DNA of 64,000 nt, taken from assembly GCA_024679065.1 (NCBI GenBank), contig JAGIQG010000008.1:95170001-95234000 (forward strand), in the 5' to 3' direction. The notes beneath the pieces were generated by a model that saw nothing but the letters and a program-made list of their open reading frames with translations, ran no database searches and was not told where the DNA came from. The number at the start of each line of letters is the position of its first letter. The first letter of the stretch is position 1. The DNA is from Sphyrna mokarran (taxonomy: Eukaryota). This document shows, piece after piece, positions 1-11,507 of the stretch. The position numbers and the translations under genes were made by a program.

Positions 1-349
1 AGAGCACGTGGTCATTTAAAAAATGGTGAACTTTTTGTGGGGTGCTGGGCGAGAGAGAAAAGAAAGATAATAACATCAAGGGAGGGGAGGACGACAGAGG
101 TGAGGGAAAAAGGGGGATGCTGAGCTGGAGCTAAAACAAAGTATTCATACATAACATTTTCTCCTTTTTTTGCATAAATAAAGTTACTAGACATAAAATG
201 ACTCAAATCTGGCAACTGTGAGGCAGGCCCACGCGAGTCGGAACAGGTGACATTTTGTTCATGTACTATCTCTTACAACAGTTTCACATTAGTCAGAAGT
301 GATAAAAAATATCATTTATATCCAGTGCTCATAACACTTTAAAACATCC

Positions 350-495
350 TGTGTGTGTATGTGTTTGTGTGTGTGTGTGTGTGTGTATGTGCGTGTGTGT
401 GTGCGAGAGAGAGCGTGTACATAATGTATGTCCATGTGTGTATGTGTATCATATTATATATATTATATATATAAAAATATATACATACACACACT
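350..495. repeat. Compound (TG)n/(GA)n/(TA)n microsatellite
   Basis: Directly visible dinucleotide runs. Confidence 0.9.
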
Positions 496-1295
496 ACAAA
501 GCATAATCAAGTTTCAGTCCCAAAAAAAAACAGTCCTTTGTGTTCCCACCAGCCTGCATTATATCATATTGGCCTGGCAACAAAACAGCTAAAATAACTA
601 AATGTTTGTGTGCAATGAAGAATAAACTAAAAAAAAGTACTCTCATTCTACAAGCCATACACTGTCCTAAGTAAAAGCTGAAATTTTAAAATAAAAGCAG
701 TTGAGGGGAGCAGATTATTATCAAGAGATCATAAGAACCTCTATAAATTAGAATTATGTGAAATAGAGACCATCCCCTCACTCCTCCCTCCTCAAGTTGA
801 AGCCAGATATAAAGTTCAAATCTTTTTGTTTTCTGAATGAAATAACTTTTGTCAGTACCTTGAATAATTTGCAAATAAAAAGAGTGTTCATCAGTTATTC
901 TCATTGCGTGACATTCCAACTATATTATCACAGTCTAATCAAACTTGTCCAACATTAAATAATGGAGTTTCATTATTAATTGGAGGTGGTGATGGGGCGG
1001 AGGGGTGAATAATAAGCGGAATTATGTCTCATTCCTCAGCAATAGTTTACATTTTATCCCTGACTTCAAAACAAAGAAAAAATCCTCCTGAATCCAATTA
1101 CCCATCAATAATACTTTTAAAATTTAATAATGGTCATTTATATTTTGCAGCACGTATTAAGTGTTTAAAATGGAAGATTTGCATGCCCAGAGTGGGTTAA
1201 TGGAGATGCACCATATATTTTTTAAAATTCTTCTGTGCTGTTTGTAACTTTGATGTATCTCACTTATTTCCTGCACACCAAATCTCATTTAAGTT

Positions 1296-2853
1296 TTAAG
1301 ACCTTACCGTGTAGCTTTCACAGCAATGCAGTAGCTGAATTAAGACATTGTGAAATTAAGTAAAATGTTAAGTCATTATTAGTTTCTGCCCTGCTCATCC
1401 CTAGCCCACTTATGCTTATCATGGTGAAAGTTGACAGTGCAGAGGAATGGATTTTATTTTCATTTAAGTACATTTACTTAACACCATTGAACAGCAGGTA
1501 GGACTCCAAGATCAGTTGGAACATGTATCAAATGAAACAATGAGTTCCCACCCCCTACCCACACACACACCGAGCTCTCCTCTCTCTCTATCCCTCTGTT
1601 ACCTCAACAATATTCCTGGGAGACTGAAATCAGATCAACCTGTCTAACCTTCTTAACTCTGGGGGATGGGAGGCACGGGTGGGGAGGGGAGGGGGGGGAG
1701 AAAGGGTGAAAACTTTGTGCCAATTACAAGGGGCAAATTTGAACTAATGGAGTTATTCCTGCACAAGTTCAACACATTCAGCCTGTTAGGTGAAAGGTAT
1801 CCCACCTGAACAGAACACCCAGGAACCTACAGTTGCTCATTTGCCCCCAAGTTTTAAGAAATAAATTTCCCTCATGTTTTCTTTCAAACTCAATAATCCT
1901 GGATTATTGGCCCCATGGATCTCTGGAATGACTAAGATACTCTCAACGGAAACCAACACAATGAGATAAAAGGCTGGAAACCATGCTTAGGAGGCAAGTG
2001 CAAGACATCTTGGAGGGCAGTGACAAATAACTGTTGAACACCCTATTGTGGCACACCAAAAGAAGTGATTGGACACATGCACTCTGGCAAGCTCCTCCTT
2101 TGTCTCAAATAGATATCCTTCGTCCATATTCCTGAGTAACTTCGCTGCTGTCTGGAAAGAACCATTTAGTCAATGTGGCTATATAATGTTTGTTTTGTTT
2201 CCTCATTAAGATGACAGTCGATTGTCTAAGACTTTTGCAGTGTCTCCCAAGTAAGACTTTTCAGAGTGTTAAGATTGCAATGTTATTAGGAGTTTGGCAC
2301 TTTAATTCAAACAGTACAATACGCAACTCAAAAATAAAGAATTTTTTTTTTAAAAAAAAGGGAAATCCAGTCAGGGCTCAGCTCGTTGTTGTTCTGCTTC
2401 ATGATGTGCTTAAACATGCACACGTGCTGCCATTTTGTGTTTTGGTTTTCTTACCCCCCTCCCCCCCCCCCCCCAACACCCCTGCCCCCTCCCCTCTCCC
2501 ACCCCACTTTTCTTTTTAAAACTATGAAATTTAAGTTATTTTAAATAGTTCAGATTAAAAACACATTCACAAGTTGCTGGTTGGCGCAGCATACCTGAGT
2601 GAGAATACAACCCCCCCCACCCCTTAAGAAAAAAAAACTAAAAAGTATTTTAAAACAAGCTCAAAAAAGAGAAAGGAAAAAAAAAACCTTTTAAGACTGC
2701 CGGATAGCTGTGAATCTATATTAAGCAACAGCTTTCAAGTCCTGACGTTTTTTTTTTGTTTACAGGCTGTAGCCAGTAATGTAAAATGTCCATGATACTT
2801 GTAAAAATAAAAAAACAATCAGAATGCTTCACACATTAAGAAACATTTAAGAC
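1296..2853 (-). promoter_or_regulatory. Cluster of six miR-499 (miR-208-related seed) target sites in the 3' UTR
   Basis: Plus-strand taagac cores: ttaagac 1296-1302, 1340-1346, 2847-2853 (7mer-A1); taagact 2227-2233, 2252-2258 (7mer-m8); ttaagact 2691-2698 (8mer). SOX6 is an established miR-499 target in muscle. Confidence 0.8.
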
Positions 2854-2942
2854 CATTGCTGATGAATCTGTTGGAGCCACACATGCAGGCTCATCAATAA
2901 CTTTTGTTTTGTTCAAAATAACAGTCTGATTGCAGTTGCTCT

Positions 2943-3246
2943 TCAGTTGGCGCTGATGGCCTCCTGATTCTCATTGTCACTGCTATAGTCCGATTTCTGA
3001 TCGTCTTCATAGTCCTCGTACATTTCCATCTCGTCCTCGCCGTTCATCATTTCGTTCACACCCAGGTTGCCGCTTTCTCCCTTCATGCTGTAAGTGCTCT
3101 GGATGACTGGGATGCTGGGCTCTGGACTGCCAGATTCGCTGGAACACTCGGATGTCAGTTGTGGCGATGCTGCTGTGGTTGCCATGGAGATAGCACCGGG
3201 ATACACGACGCCTGCAGCTGTGGTGATTGGAATCTGAGGCTGTTGC
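2943..3246 (-). CDS. SOX6: SOX6 terminal coding exon ([21 protein letters not shown]...[15 protein letters not shown])
   Basis: ORF 2943-3278. cacag|G acceptor, TGA stop at 2945-2943. The C-terminus resembles SOX6 (EAVSAN in mammals) more than SOX5 or SOX13. Confidence 0.96.
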
Positions 3247-3437
3247 CTGTGCACAGACGGACACTGGTTTGTTAGCAACCGATTTCAATGAAAGAAGCTG
3301 TTTTTCAAAGACGCGAAGAACGCGACTCATTTACCTGAATTATCTAACAGCATTCGCAACTCGAGCAGCAGTAGTACTGTAAGTATAATGAATGAACAGT
3401 GCTACCTCCTCTGGAGAAGCCTGGGACACTTCGTCAA

Positions 3438-3632
3438 GCGCAGTAAGAAGTCTCACAACACCAGTTTAAAGTCCAACAGGTTCATTTGATAGCACTGCCC
3501 CTTCATCAGGTGAGTCCCTGGGCAGCGCTCCGAAAGATTGTACTGTCAAATAAACCTTGTTGGACTTTAACCTGGTGTTCTGAGACTCCTTACTGTGCTT
3601 ACCCAGTCCAACATCAGCATCTCCACATCGCA
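3438..3632. mobile_element. Palindromic Penelope-like (pLTR-type) remnant with a split hammerhead motif
   Basis: Inverted arms ~3438-3490 and ~3545-3598. The minus strand has CACCTGATGAAGGGGCAGTGCT and the plus strand has GGGCAGCGCTCCGAAAG. Same family at 41997, 54059 and 61496. Confidence 0.7.
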
Positions 3633-3897
3633 TCAAGTCAGTTAACCACACTGATGAACGTTTTTTATGTCTGTTTGTAGTCTTATCATTCCACCTGCCA
3701 ATGACCAACACTGCACTTTCCATATTATTACCTTCACAAGTTCGTAAAATCATTAAGAACAATTTACACTTGCACACTTTGTTATTTCCATCCTACATGA
3801 CCCCTTTACTGCCTCCTTTTTTTGAATAATTGCCTCCACTACTCTCACTGAGTCAATTCTATATATTGATCACTTTAATAGTGGTACAATTTCCTAA

Positions 3898-4096
3898 GTT
3901 TAAGTTTATTTATTAGAGTCACAAGTAGGTTTACATTAACACTGCAATGAAGTTACATGAAAATCTCCTAGTCGCCATGCTCTGGTGCCTGTTCGGCACA
4001 CTGAAGGAGAACTTAGCATGGCCAATACATCTAACCTAACATCTTTCAGACTGTGGGACAAACCCACATGGGGGGAACGTGCAGATTCCGCACAGA
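3898..4096 (-). mobile_element. tRNA-derived V-SINE/HE1-like SINE, tail type A, 5' truncated
   Basis: Aligns by eye to the fuller copies at 11213 and 40313. Confidence 0.8.
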
Positions 4097-4913
4097 TACT
4101 GTAGGAAATCTTCCAACAGACCATGACCATGCCTTGGTAGATTTGTTAAGCTTGCTATGTGTGTTCACATGTTTGTGTGCATAGCTAGACAGTCTTAAGC
4201 CTACTATAAAACTGGTAAATGTTCTTGCTTGATGTGTTCTGTCAGCAATGATAGACAGGGAAGCTCTGTGGAGTTGATAGATTATTAATTACTAACAAGC
4301 CATCATATCCTGCACATTCCTGCCCATTTCCTCCATTTTATCTCTTACAACATACTGCTAGAACAAACAGAATTTCCACGAATGTTTGATCTCGCAATGG
4401 AATGAATTTTAAAAATGCTGGTCCCCCAAAGTGCCTTGTTTATGAGAGGCCTGATTCTACTCAAGGGACCCAGAAAATGAGATGGAGTTCTTGCTGATAT
4501 TCTGAACCTCTCGGATGACAATAGGCCGATCTTCCACATATCTCACATTCCAGAGAATCTGTAGTGGGCTTCACTGGGAATGGCTCTGTTTGTACTTGAA
4601 AAAAACAATCTTCAGAAAAGTTCATTTGAAGCTATCTGCATGTCCCTAATCTTTCATAGAATAAGACACTTCAATCCCAGAGGTAACTTAATGCTGGGAT
4701 GATTTCAGTTAAAACTGAAGCCTCTTAAAGAAGAAGCACCTTTTCTTCAGATCCTTGAGAATCTCATACAGAATGACAAAACATAATTCTGCTTTGAAAT
4801 TGGTTTGAGCCAAGGCAGGCATCTGTTATGACCTAAATATGAAAATCATGCACTGCTAAGTTGTACAAAGCTCATTGGTAAGAATATATTTACTGGTGCA
4901 ATTAACTTAATTG

Positions 4914-5148
4914 GTGACACCATGGATTAGCACTGCTGCCTCACAGCGCCAGGGGCCCTGAGGTCAATTCCAACCTTGGGTAGCTGTCTGTGTGGAGTTT
5001 GCTTGTTGTCCCTGTGTCTGCATGGGTTGGGTGAATTGGCCATCCTAAACTGCCCCTTAATGTCAGAGGGATTAGCAGGGTATAAAAACACAGGGCTATG
5101 GAGATAGGGCCTGTGTGGCCTGCATTTCTGCATTGTTGGAATTCTATG
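4914..5148 (+). mobile_element. HE1-like SINE, tail type B (CR1-like tail)
   Basis: tRNA-like head (tagcactgctgcctcacagcgccaggg...ggtcaattcc); ends in ttctatga. Confidence 0.75.
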
Positions 5149-5496
5149 ATATAACACAATTGTTGAAGAGAAACATTCAAAAGAGGTTGGGAACAATTTT
5201 ACAGAATGATTTGAAAAACAGAAGCCAATAAAAATGTTAAAAGATCGGGAAAGGGGACTGGGGTCTATTAACTGCAAGTGGGTTTCTACTAGTTTGGTGC
5301 ATTTTAAATGTCAGGTCTCATTCGCATGCATTGAGCAACTTACCGCTGGAACGTGTGGGAAGGGACTGCTGGTTTGAATAGATAAAGGTAGTGGGTGTAC
5401 AGTGTTTGCTGCTTTGCTCAAACAAACATTTTTTTCCAAGACAAAATTTCAGAATCAGATAGAAAATGTTTATGCTAAACGACTCAGTGGCACTTA

Positions 5497-5730
<234 letters not shown>

Positions 5731-7768
5731 TCAAAAGGCAGCTCTCATCATCCAAGAACTTGAGTTACGCAACATTGTAACGAAGGCACTGTTCGCAAAA
5801 AGCATTGCATCCCATTTTTAACGCTGAATTAAGTCTGATTAAAAATCACGAGGAAGAGATAACAAAGATTCTTGGTCAGAATGAATGGTTGCAAGTGCTG
5901 CCAATCCTTTCATCGGGTAAATGGTCACCCTCCTCATTGATGTCAGCAAGCTAATTTACCATATGGCACATTACTACCAAGTTTGATACTACCCTCATTA
6001 AGTACCCAAATGGACATATGGTGGAATGTTACTGCCTCACTTGCCTGAGGCTCATAAGATCCTGCTCAGAGCCAATAGAGAATGCCATTCTGTGAGTCTC
6101 GCTTGCCCCAATTCTGGGGTGGGCGTGCCAGTAAAATTCCGGGGCGGGTGTGCCACTAAAATTCCAGTTATTTACTCCAGCAAGTATAATCAGGATGGAA
6201 CAAATTGGCTGATATTTTCTCTCTCTTCCCACAAGCAGCATTGAAGCCTGTGCCTCGAGAATGTTCCCTAGGCCAGGGACATACCATCTAGTACATTTAT
6301 CCACCGGGCCATTGTTTAGCTATTTGGTATCTCCTCACTAATTCTGTTCTCAAAATGTTAACTGTGGATTAGAACTTGATTTAACTGAAATCACTATTCA
6401 ACCAGCGAATGTCATCCTGCACTTGCAAATGTGCTGTACGAAAGTCCTGCAACTGCTCAGTCAATCCTTACAATGTGCAACCCTACACACAATCTGTCTC
6501 TTAACTATTTACAATATTTCTATTCCCTCAGTAACAGGTAGATAAGTACAACGGCTTCTTTCTTTCTGCAAGTTCCAAATGATTAAAAGGCACTGTTTGA
6601 AAGCAAACATTCAATGCATTTATGATGACAGCCCTGCACTGTAAGTTTCTGATTTTAAAGAAAATGCACATTAAAATAGTTAAGTTGCTAATGTATGTTC
6701 CATTTTATCATTAAAGTCTTCCTTTTTGAAGAGGCTGCCAAGTGAAAAATGTTGAAAGCATTAATGTAAGGATGTAAAAGCTTAACTCTACTATACACTA
6801 CCAATCCTCCTGGGGACAACTTGTTGCAGAGCACAGTAGCAAGCAAAAGAGAAAAGAAAAATGGAAACCTATGTGGAACTTTTTGTTGTAATTCCAATTC
6901 TGCAGTTCCTTTGTCTCGAACATTTAAAATGCTCTGATGCAGTGATAAGAATATTGTCATAGGAACACTTCAATACTGTGTCTCTACTTTCTCCAATTGT
7001 TATTAGGTTTCATTATTAAAGCTTCCTCAGGCTGTGAACATTGTGCAAAATAAAATTCAACTTCCGAGTATACTTAACTCATTCAATTTAAATGAAATGA
7101 AGACTTTCTTATTTTGGGGAGAGATGAAATACAACAAATCTAGCCTTTTGTCCTATTTTTCAGGATATTACTGAAATAAAGTAGCTGGAGTGATTATAAA
7201 CATACTGATTGTAATTAAGAACAGTTGATGAGGTCTTAGTCAGGGAAATGCTTTAAGGCAGGCCTGATGTTGCACTCAATCTACACAGTAGTTTAAAACT
7301 GACAGATACACTGCTGTTGCCAGCAGAACTGTCCTGGATTTTATATACAACTTCGAAACACTATCCATAACATAAAACTATGAGTGAAAGCTTCCCCTCA
7401 TCTTGTAATTAAGCAAGTAGACCCATTTGCTTCAAAATGGTAGAAGAAATATTAAATGAAGGGGCCTTAATTTCTAACAGATTGATTTGTTGTGGAGGAA
7501 ATGGGACATCAACAAATCATTTAACGAGAAACAGATTCTGTGGAACAATTGTTGTGGTAAGGATTTATTTTTCTGTAATGAATATCAAAGATGGAAGCAG
7601 CCTCATTCAGAAGCACTGTAGGTCTTTCCTTCCATTATTTATGATTATTGTGCTTTGGACTTGTTTTGGGTCATTGTATGATTTCTCTCCATGCGCAAGA
7701 ACGCTAACAAGTTGAAAGGGGGTCTTAAAATCTTTTTGGATTTGCAGTTCAGTAGACTGGCAATATTT

Positions 7769-7995
7769 GGGCTGGTTAGCTCAGTTGGCTGAACAGCTGG
7801 TTTGTGATGCAGAGCAATACCAACAGCCTGAGTTCGATTCCTGCACTGGTTGAGATTATTCATGAAGGCCCTGCCTTCTCAACCTTGCTTCTCACTTGAG
7901 GTGTGGTGATCCTAGGATAAAACCATCATCAGTCAGCTCTCTCTCTCTGAAAAATGAGCAGAACAGCCTATGGTCATACTGGATTTGGCGACTTT
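7769..7995 (+). mobile_element. Second tRNA-derived SINE family (copies also at ~19770-19920 and ~38530-38730)
   Basis: A box tagctcagttgg, B box gttcgattcc, and a shared body gaaggccctgcc...ctatggt in three copies. Confidence 0.7.
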
Positions 7996-8264
7996 CAAAA
8001 TGCTTTAATCACACAACCTCTCCATCTCGGATTCCAGACAAGGGAATTTTCTCATCAGTGAAGTGATTGCCAATTGCTGCCATACCTCCACTCTCTACTT
8101 TCTTCCTGACATGCTCAACTGTGTCCTTGCTAACATGTTAAGTCACCATCCTCCAATTTATCTTAACCCTGAAACTAAAATTGATTGACATCACCACAAC
8201 CTCTCTCTGTAAGCTCCATTGGCTCCACAACATTCTCACTTATCTTTTTCCATGTACCTTCACA

Positions 8265-8520
8265 TGGGTGGCACGGTGTCTCACTGTACCAGGGAACCAG
8301 CTTCGATTCATGACTTGGGCCACTGTGTCAGTGTGGTTCCCTCTGCATGCTCCGCTTTCCTCTCACAATCCGAGAGATATGCTGCTTAGGTGCATTGGCC
8401 ATGCTACATTCTCCCTCAGTGTACCTGAACAAGTGCGGAATGTGGCGACTAGGGGAGTTTCACAGTAACTTCATTGCGGTGTTAATGTAAGCTTATTTGT
8501 GACATTAATAAATAAACTTC
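8265..8520 (+). mobile_element. HE1-like SINE, tail type A
   Basis: Head gggtggcacggtg; tail tgtgacattaataaataaactt. Confidence 0.8.
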
Positions 8521-9034
8521 AAGTTCACTGTGTGGAAACTCACTGCAGTTCCTTTGCAGGAATTTAACCCTGTCTTCATCCAGCTACATCCTATAATCCA
8601 TATGCTTTCAAAACCAAAGTTTGGTGTCACCTTGTCATTGTTTCCTGATTCACTTCACCTTTCATATTACTTTTTCCAAGCTTGAGGAATTCACTCCCGT
8701 TACCCCTTGGTTACACATTTTTTTAAAAAAATCTGGTCCTGTTGGTATGTGCGCAGAATGCTGTCTCTTTTAAAATCTGAAATGGATGGACACTAACAAT
8801 GGTCATCCTGGCAAATCAAATGAGTTAACTGAAGGGTAAAGCATTTGATTTTGAATTTTTGCTCCTAATCATCTTGTTGCTTTCCTCCCCAGTCCCCACA
8901 CCATCAGACGGGAATGATGGTTGCTTACGTTTTAATTCACTGCACTATATTAATTTTGTACTTACTTTCATAAATTTAAGCAGAGCTTCTCTGAGTTATT
9001 TTGAAGTACGCATTAAAAAATATATTTGTTAGTT

Positions 9035-9305
9035 TCACAAGTTGATTTACATTGACACTGTAGTGAAGTTACTGTGAAAATCCCCTAGTTGTCACATACC
9101 AGCGCCTGTTCAGGTACTCTGAGGGAGTATTTAGCACGGTCAATGCATCTAACCAACATGTCTTCCAAACTGTGGGAGCACCCGGAGAAAACCCATGCAG
9201 GCATGGGGAGAATGTGTACATCCTGCACAGATACTGACCCTAAACCAGGAATCGAGCCTGGGTCCCTGGTGTAGCAGTGTTTACCACAGTGCCACCATTC
9301 TGCCT
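9035..9305 (-). mobile_element. HE1-like SINE, tail type A
   Basis: Reverse-complement match to the 8265 and 62565 copies. Confidence 0.8.
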
Positions 9306-10804
9306 CTTGGCTGCCACAGTTTCTTCGCGCATTTTAAAGACCTTTGCAATCTGCCCATGAGGTGCAAGGCTGGTGCCAAAAATACTTTTTTTGCGGAATA
9401 CAAAATCATATGTGTCTTTGATGTTGGACGTTCTACCTGACAGAACATTGGGAAAAATCCACCTTCCTTAATTTGAACCTGCATTGTTTATGTTCGATGT
9501 GAATAACATGACTGGCAACAAGGGAGCTTGGTCCTTCAATAACTTCATATATAACATATTGTAAGTTTAACAGTCAGCACTGCACACTGCTGACACATCT
9601 GGATTGCATTTTCAGTAGCCCGATTTGAGCCTTTAGGTGGTGCATGTTTTGCTTCAGGATAGGAGGAGAAGGGATGAAAACACCACTTGTCCTGCGACAC
9701 ACACCTTTCTGTACGTCTGCTAATCTCCTTGAACATTGATTGACAAAGTAGACTCAGTTTAATTCAAATCAGATTTAAATTAATCTATTCTCTTGAAACA
9801 CAAACAGAAATGCTATCTCCAAAAATGATCCTGAGTTCATTCATTACTCAGCATTTAAAATGCCACGCAAGAGAAAAATGACATGTTTAAACAACAAGTG
9901 ATATTCCGCACTCAAAAGCAGCGTTTTTGTCTGGCTGTATATTTACTGTACTGGAGCCCTGAAATTCATGTACTAATACTCCTTGGCACATGGCGTGAAA
10001 TCCCTTTTGTTTGCACCGTGGTATCATCCCTTGTGACATTAAAAACCCACTGTTCAGAGAAACTGCAGAAGCAAATGCCGTCACTTAATGTAACTGAAGC
10101 AGAAAAAGCTTTCCTTTTGGATGACTGGGGATTTCATTGTGGGCAAGGAGCGTACAGGTCAGTTCACACTCTCACTTGAATCACAATATATATACCATGG
10201 GACTCCAGACATAGAGGTGCGAATCTTATGTTGCTAAATGTGCAATATTTTTATTAATTGTTTCCATTCAAGTGTAACTCTCATCAGACAATAGTGTGAC
10301 TGAGGCTTCAGAAAGGTAAGACTCAGCAATCTACATTTGAACCAACTTTTAAATGGAACATTAGAGGTCAAGATTGGGTGCCAAACATGTTTTGTTCAGC
10401 AGGATTGACATCTTACATGAGCATAAGAAATATAAAAAGGTTTGAAATAAAAACCTTATGAAATGTATGACTATCATGAAGCAGTTTGTGGGGTGATTTG
10501 TTTTAAAAACTAGCCTTACTCACAACTTTTATCACTTGTTCTCCCTTTTCCCCAAACACACCAGCTGCAAATTATTCCATCCTCAACTATTCTGGGGTTT
10601 GGAGGTAGTGTCAGGAATATGGACAATACTTCCCATCGCAGCAAATCTGTTGATAGTGAACCACAACTTGAAGTGTTCAATCAACACATTCTTCTAGATG
10701 TTGGTGGAGCTGTTGTGAATACTCCAAATTTTCCTCTTAGGAAATGTTATCCTGCTTATGTATGTACTGCTTTTAGCAGGAAAACTCCCAGCCCAAACCA
10801 TTCA

Positions 10805-10960
10805 GAATAAAAACAAATCACTGCAGGTGCTGGAATCTGAAGCAAAAGAGGAAATGCTGTAAAATCTCAGCAGCTTCTGTAAGGAGAGAAAAGAACTGAA
10901 ATCTCGAAACGTCAGCTCTTTTCTCTCCTTACAGATGGTGTCCAACCATTCAGTATTGTA
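10805..10960. mobile_element. Palindromic remnant of a second Penelope-like family
   Basis: 24-bp inverted repeat (10876-10899 / 10912-10935, one mismatch), with GAAACGTC (hammerhead 3' half) at the loop and start of the right arm. Confidence 0.5.
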
Positions 10961-11212
10961 AGCTCTGTAAATAAAAATGAAATGAGGCAGGGGGAGCAAT
11001 ATCTGCTGCTTATGAAGTATTTTTCAATCTTCTTATTGCACTGGATGGCACCAAAGTCTTAGCTCATCAATGCTGATAGTGGCAATATGTTCTGATCTAA
11101 TTCTCTTCTAAAAAATGTGCATAAGTAGTCTTCAGATGCTGTGCTTGAATTTGGGACTCTAAAAATTGTGAATAAAATTGCAAAATGGCATTTCTGATCT
11201 CCTTAACCACTT

Positions 11213-11507
11213 AAGTTAAAGTTTATTTATTAATGTCAGAAGTAGGCTTACATTAACACTGCAATGAAGTTAATGTGAAAATCTTCTAATTGCCACACTC
11301 CTGTTCGGGTAACTGAAGGAGAATTTAGTATGGCCAATGCCCTAACCAGCACACCTTTTGGAATGTGGAAGGAAACTGGAACAGCCAGAGGAAACCCACA
11401 CTGATATGGAGAGAATGTGCAGACTCTGCACAGACAGTGACCCAAGCCAGGAATCGAACCCCGGTCCCTGGCACTATGAAGCAGCAATGCTAACCACCAT
11501 GCTGCCC
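11213..11507 (-). mobile_element. HE1-like SINE, tail type A, near full length
   Basis: Minus strand reads gggcagcatggtggttagc...GGTTCGATTCC (Pol III B box), then the central domain and an aataaataaactt tail. Confidence 0.85.

Larger units (their letters stand above)
1..2942 (-). other. SOX6: SOX6 3' UTR (3' end not defined, may run out of the window)
   Basis: Directly follows the stop codon. No recognisable interspersed repeats, unlike the introns. U-rich on the mRNA strand with multiple miRNA seed matches. Confidence 0.75.

Noticed and set aside
1453-1458. AATAAA on the mRNA strand as the SOX6 poly(A) site
   Set aside because: A single hexamer in AT-rich sequence, and UTR-like sequence with further miR-499 sites continues beyond it; needs 3'-end data.
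3007-3330. Alternative-frame and antisense ORFs over SOX6 exons (also 5402-5620, 5555-5755, 14224-14412, 55559-55861, 55624-55833)
   Set aside because: Shadows of real coding exons; splice phases support only the SOX6 frame.
7769-7850. tRNA-like sequences here and at other SINE heads
   Set aside because: A and B boxes are present, but no complete cloverleaf is evident and they continue into SINE bodies.
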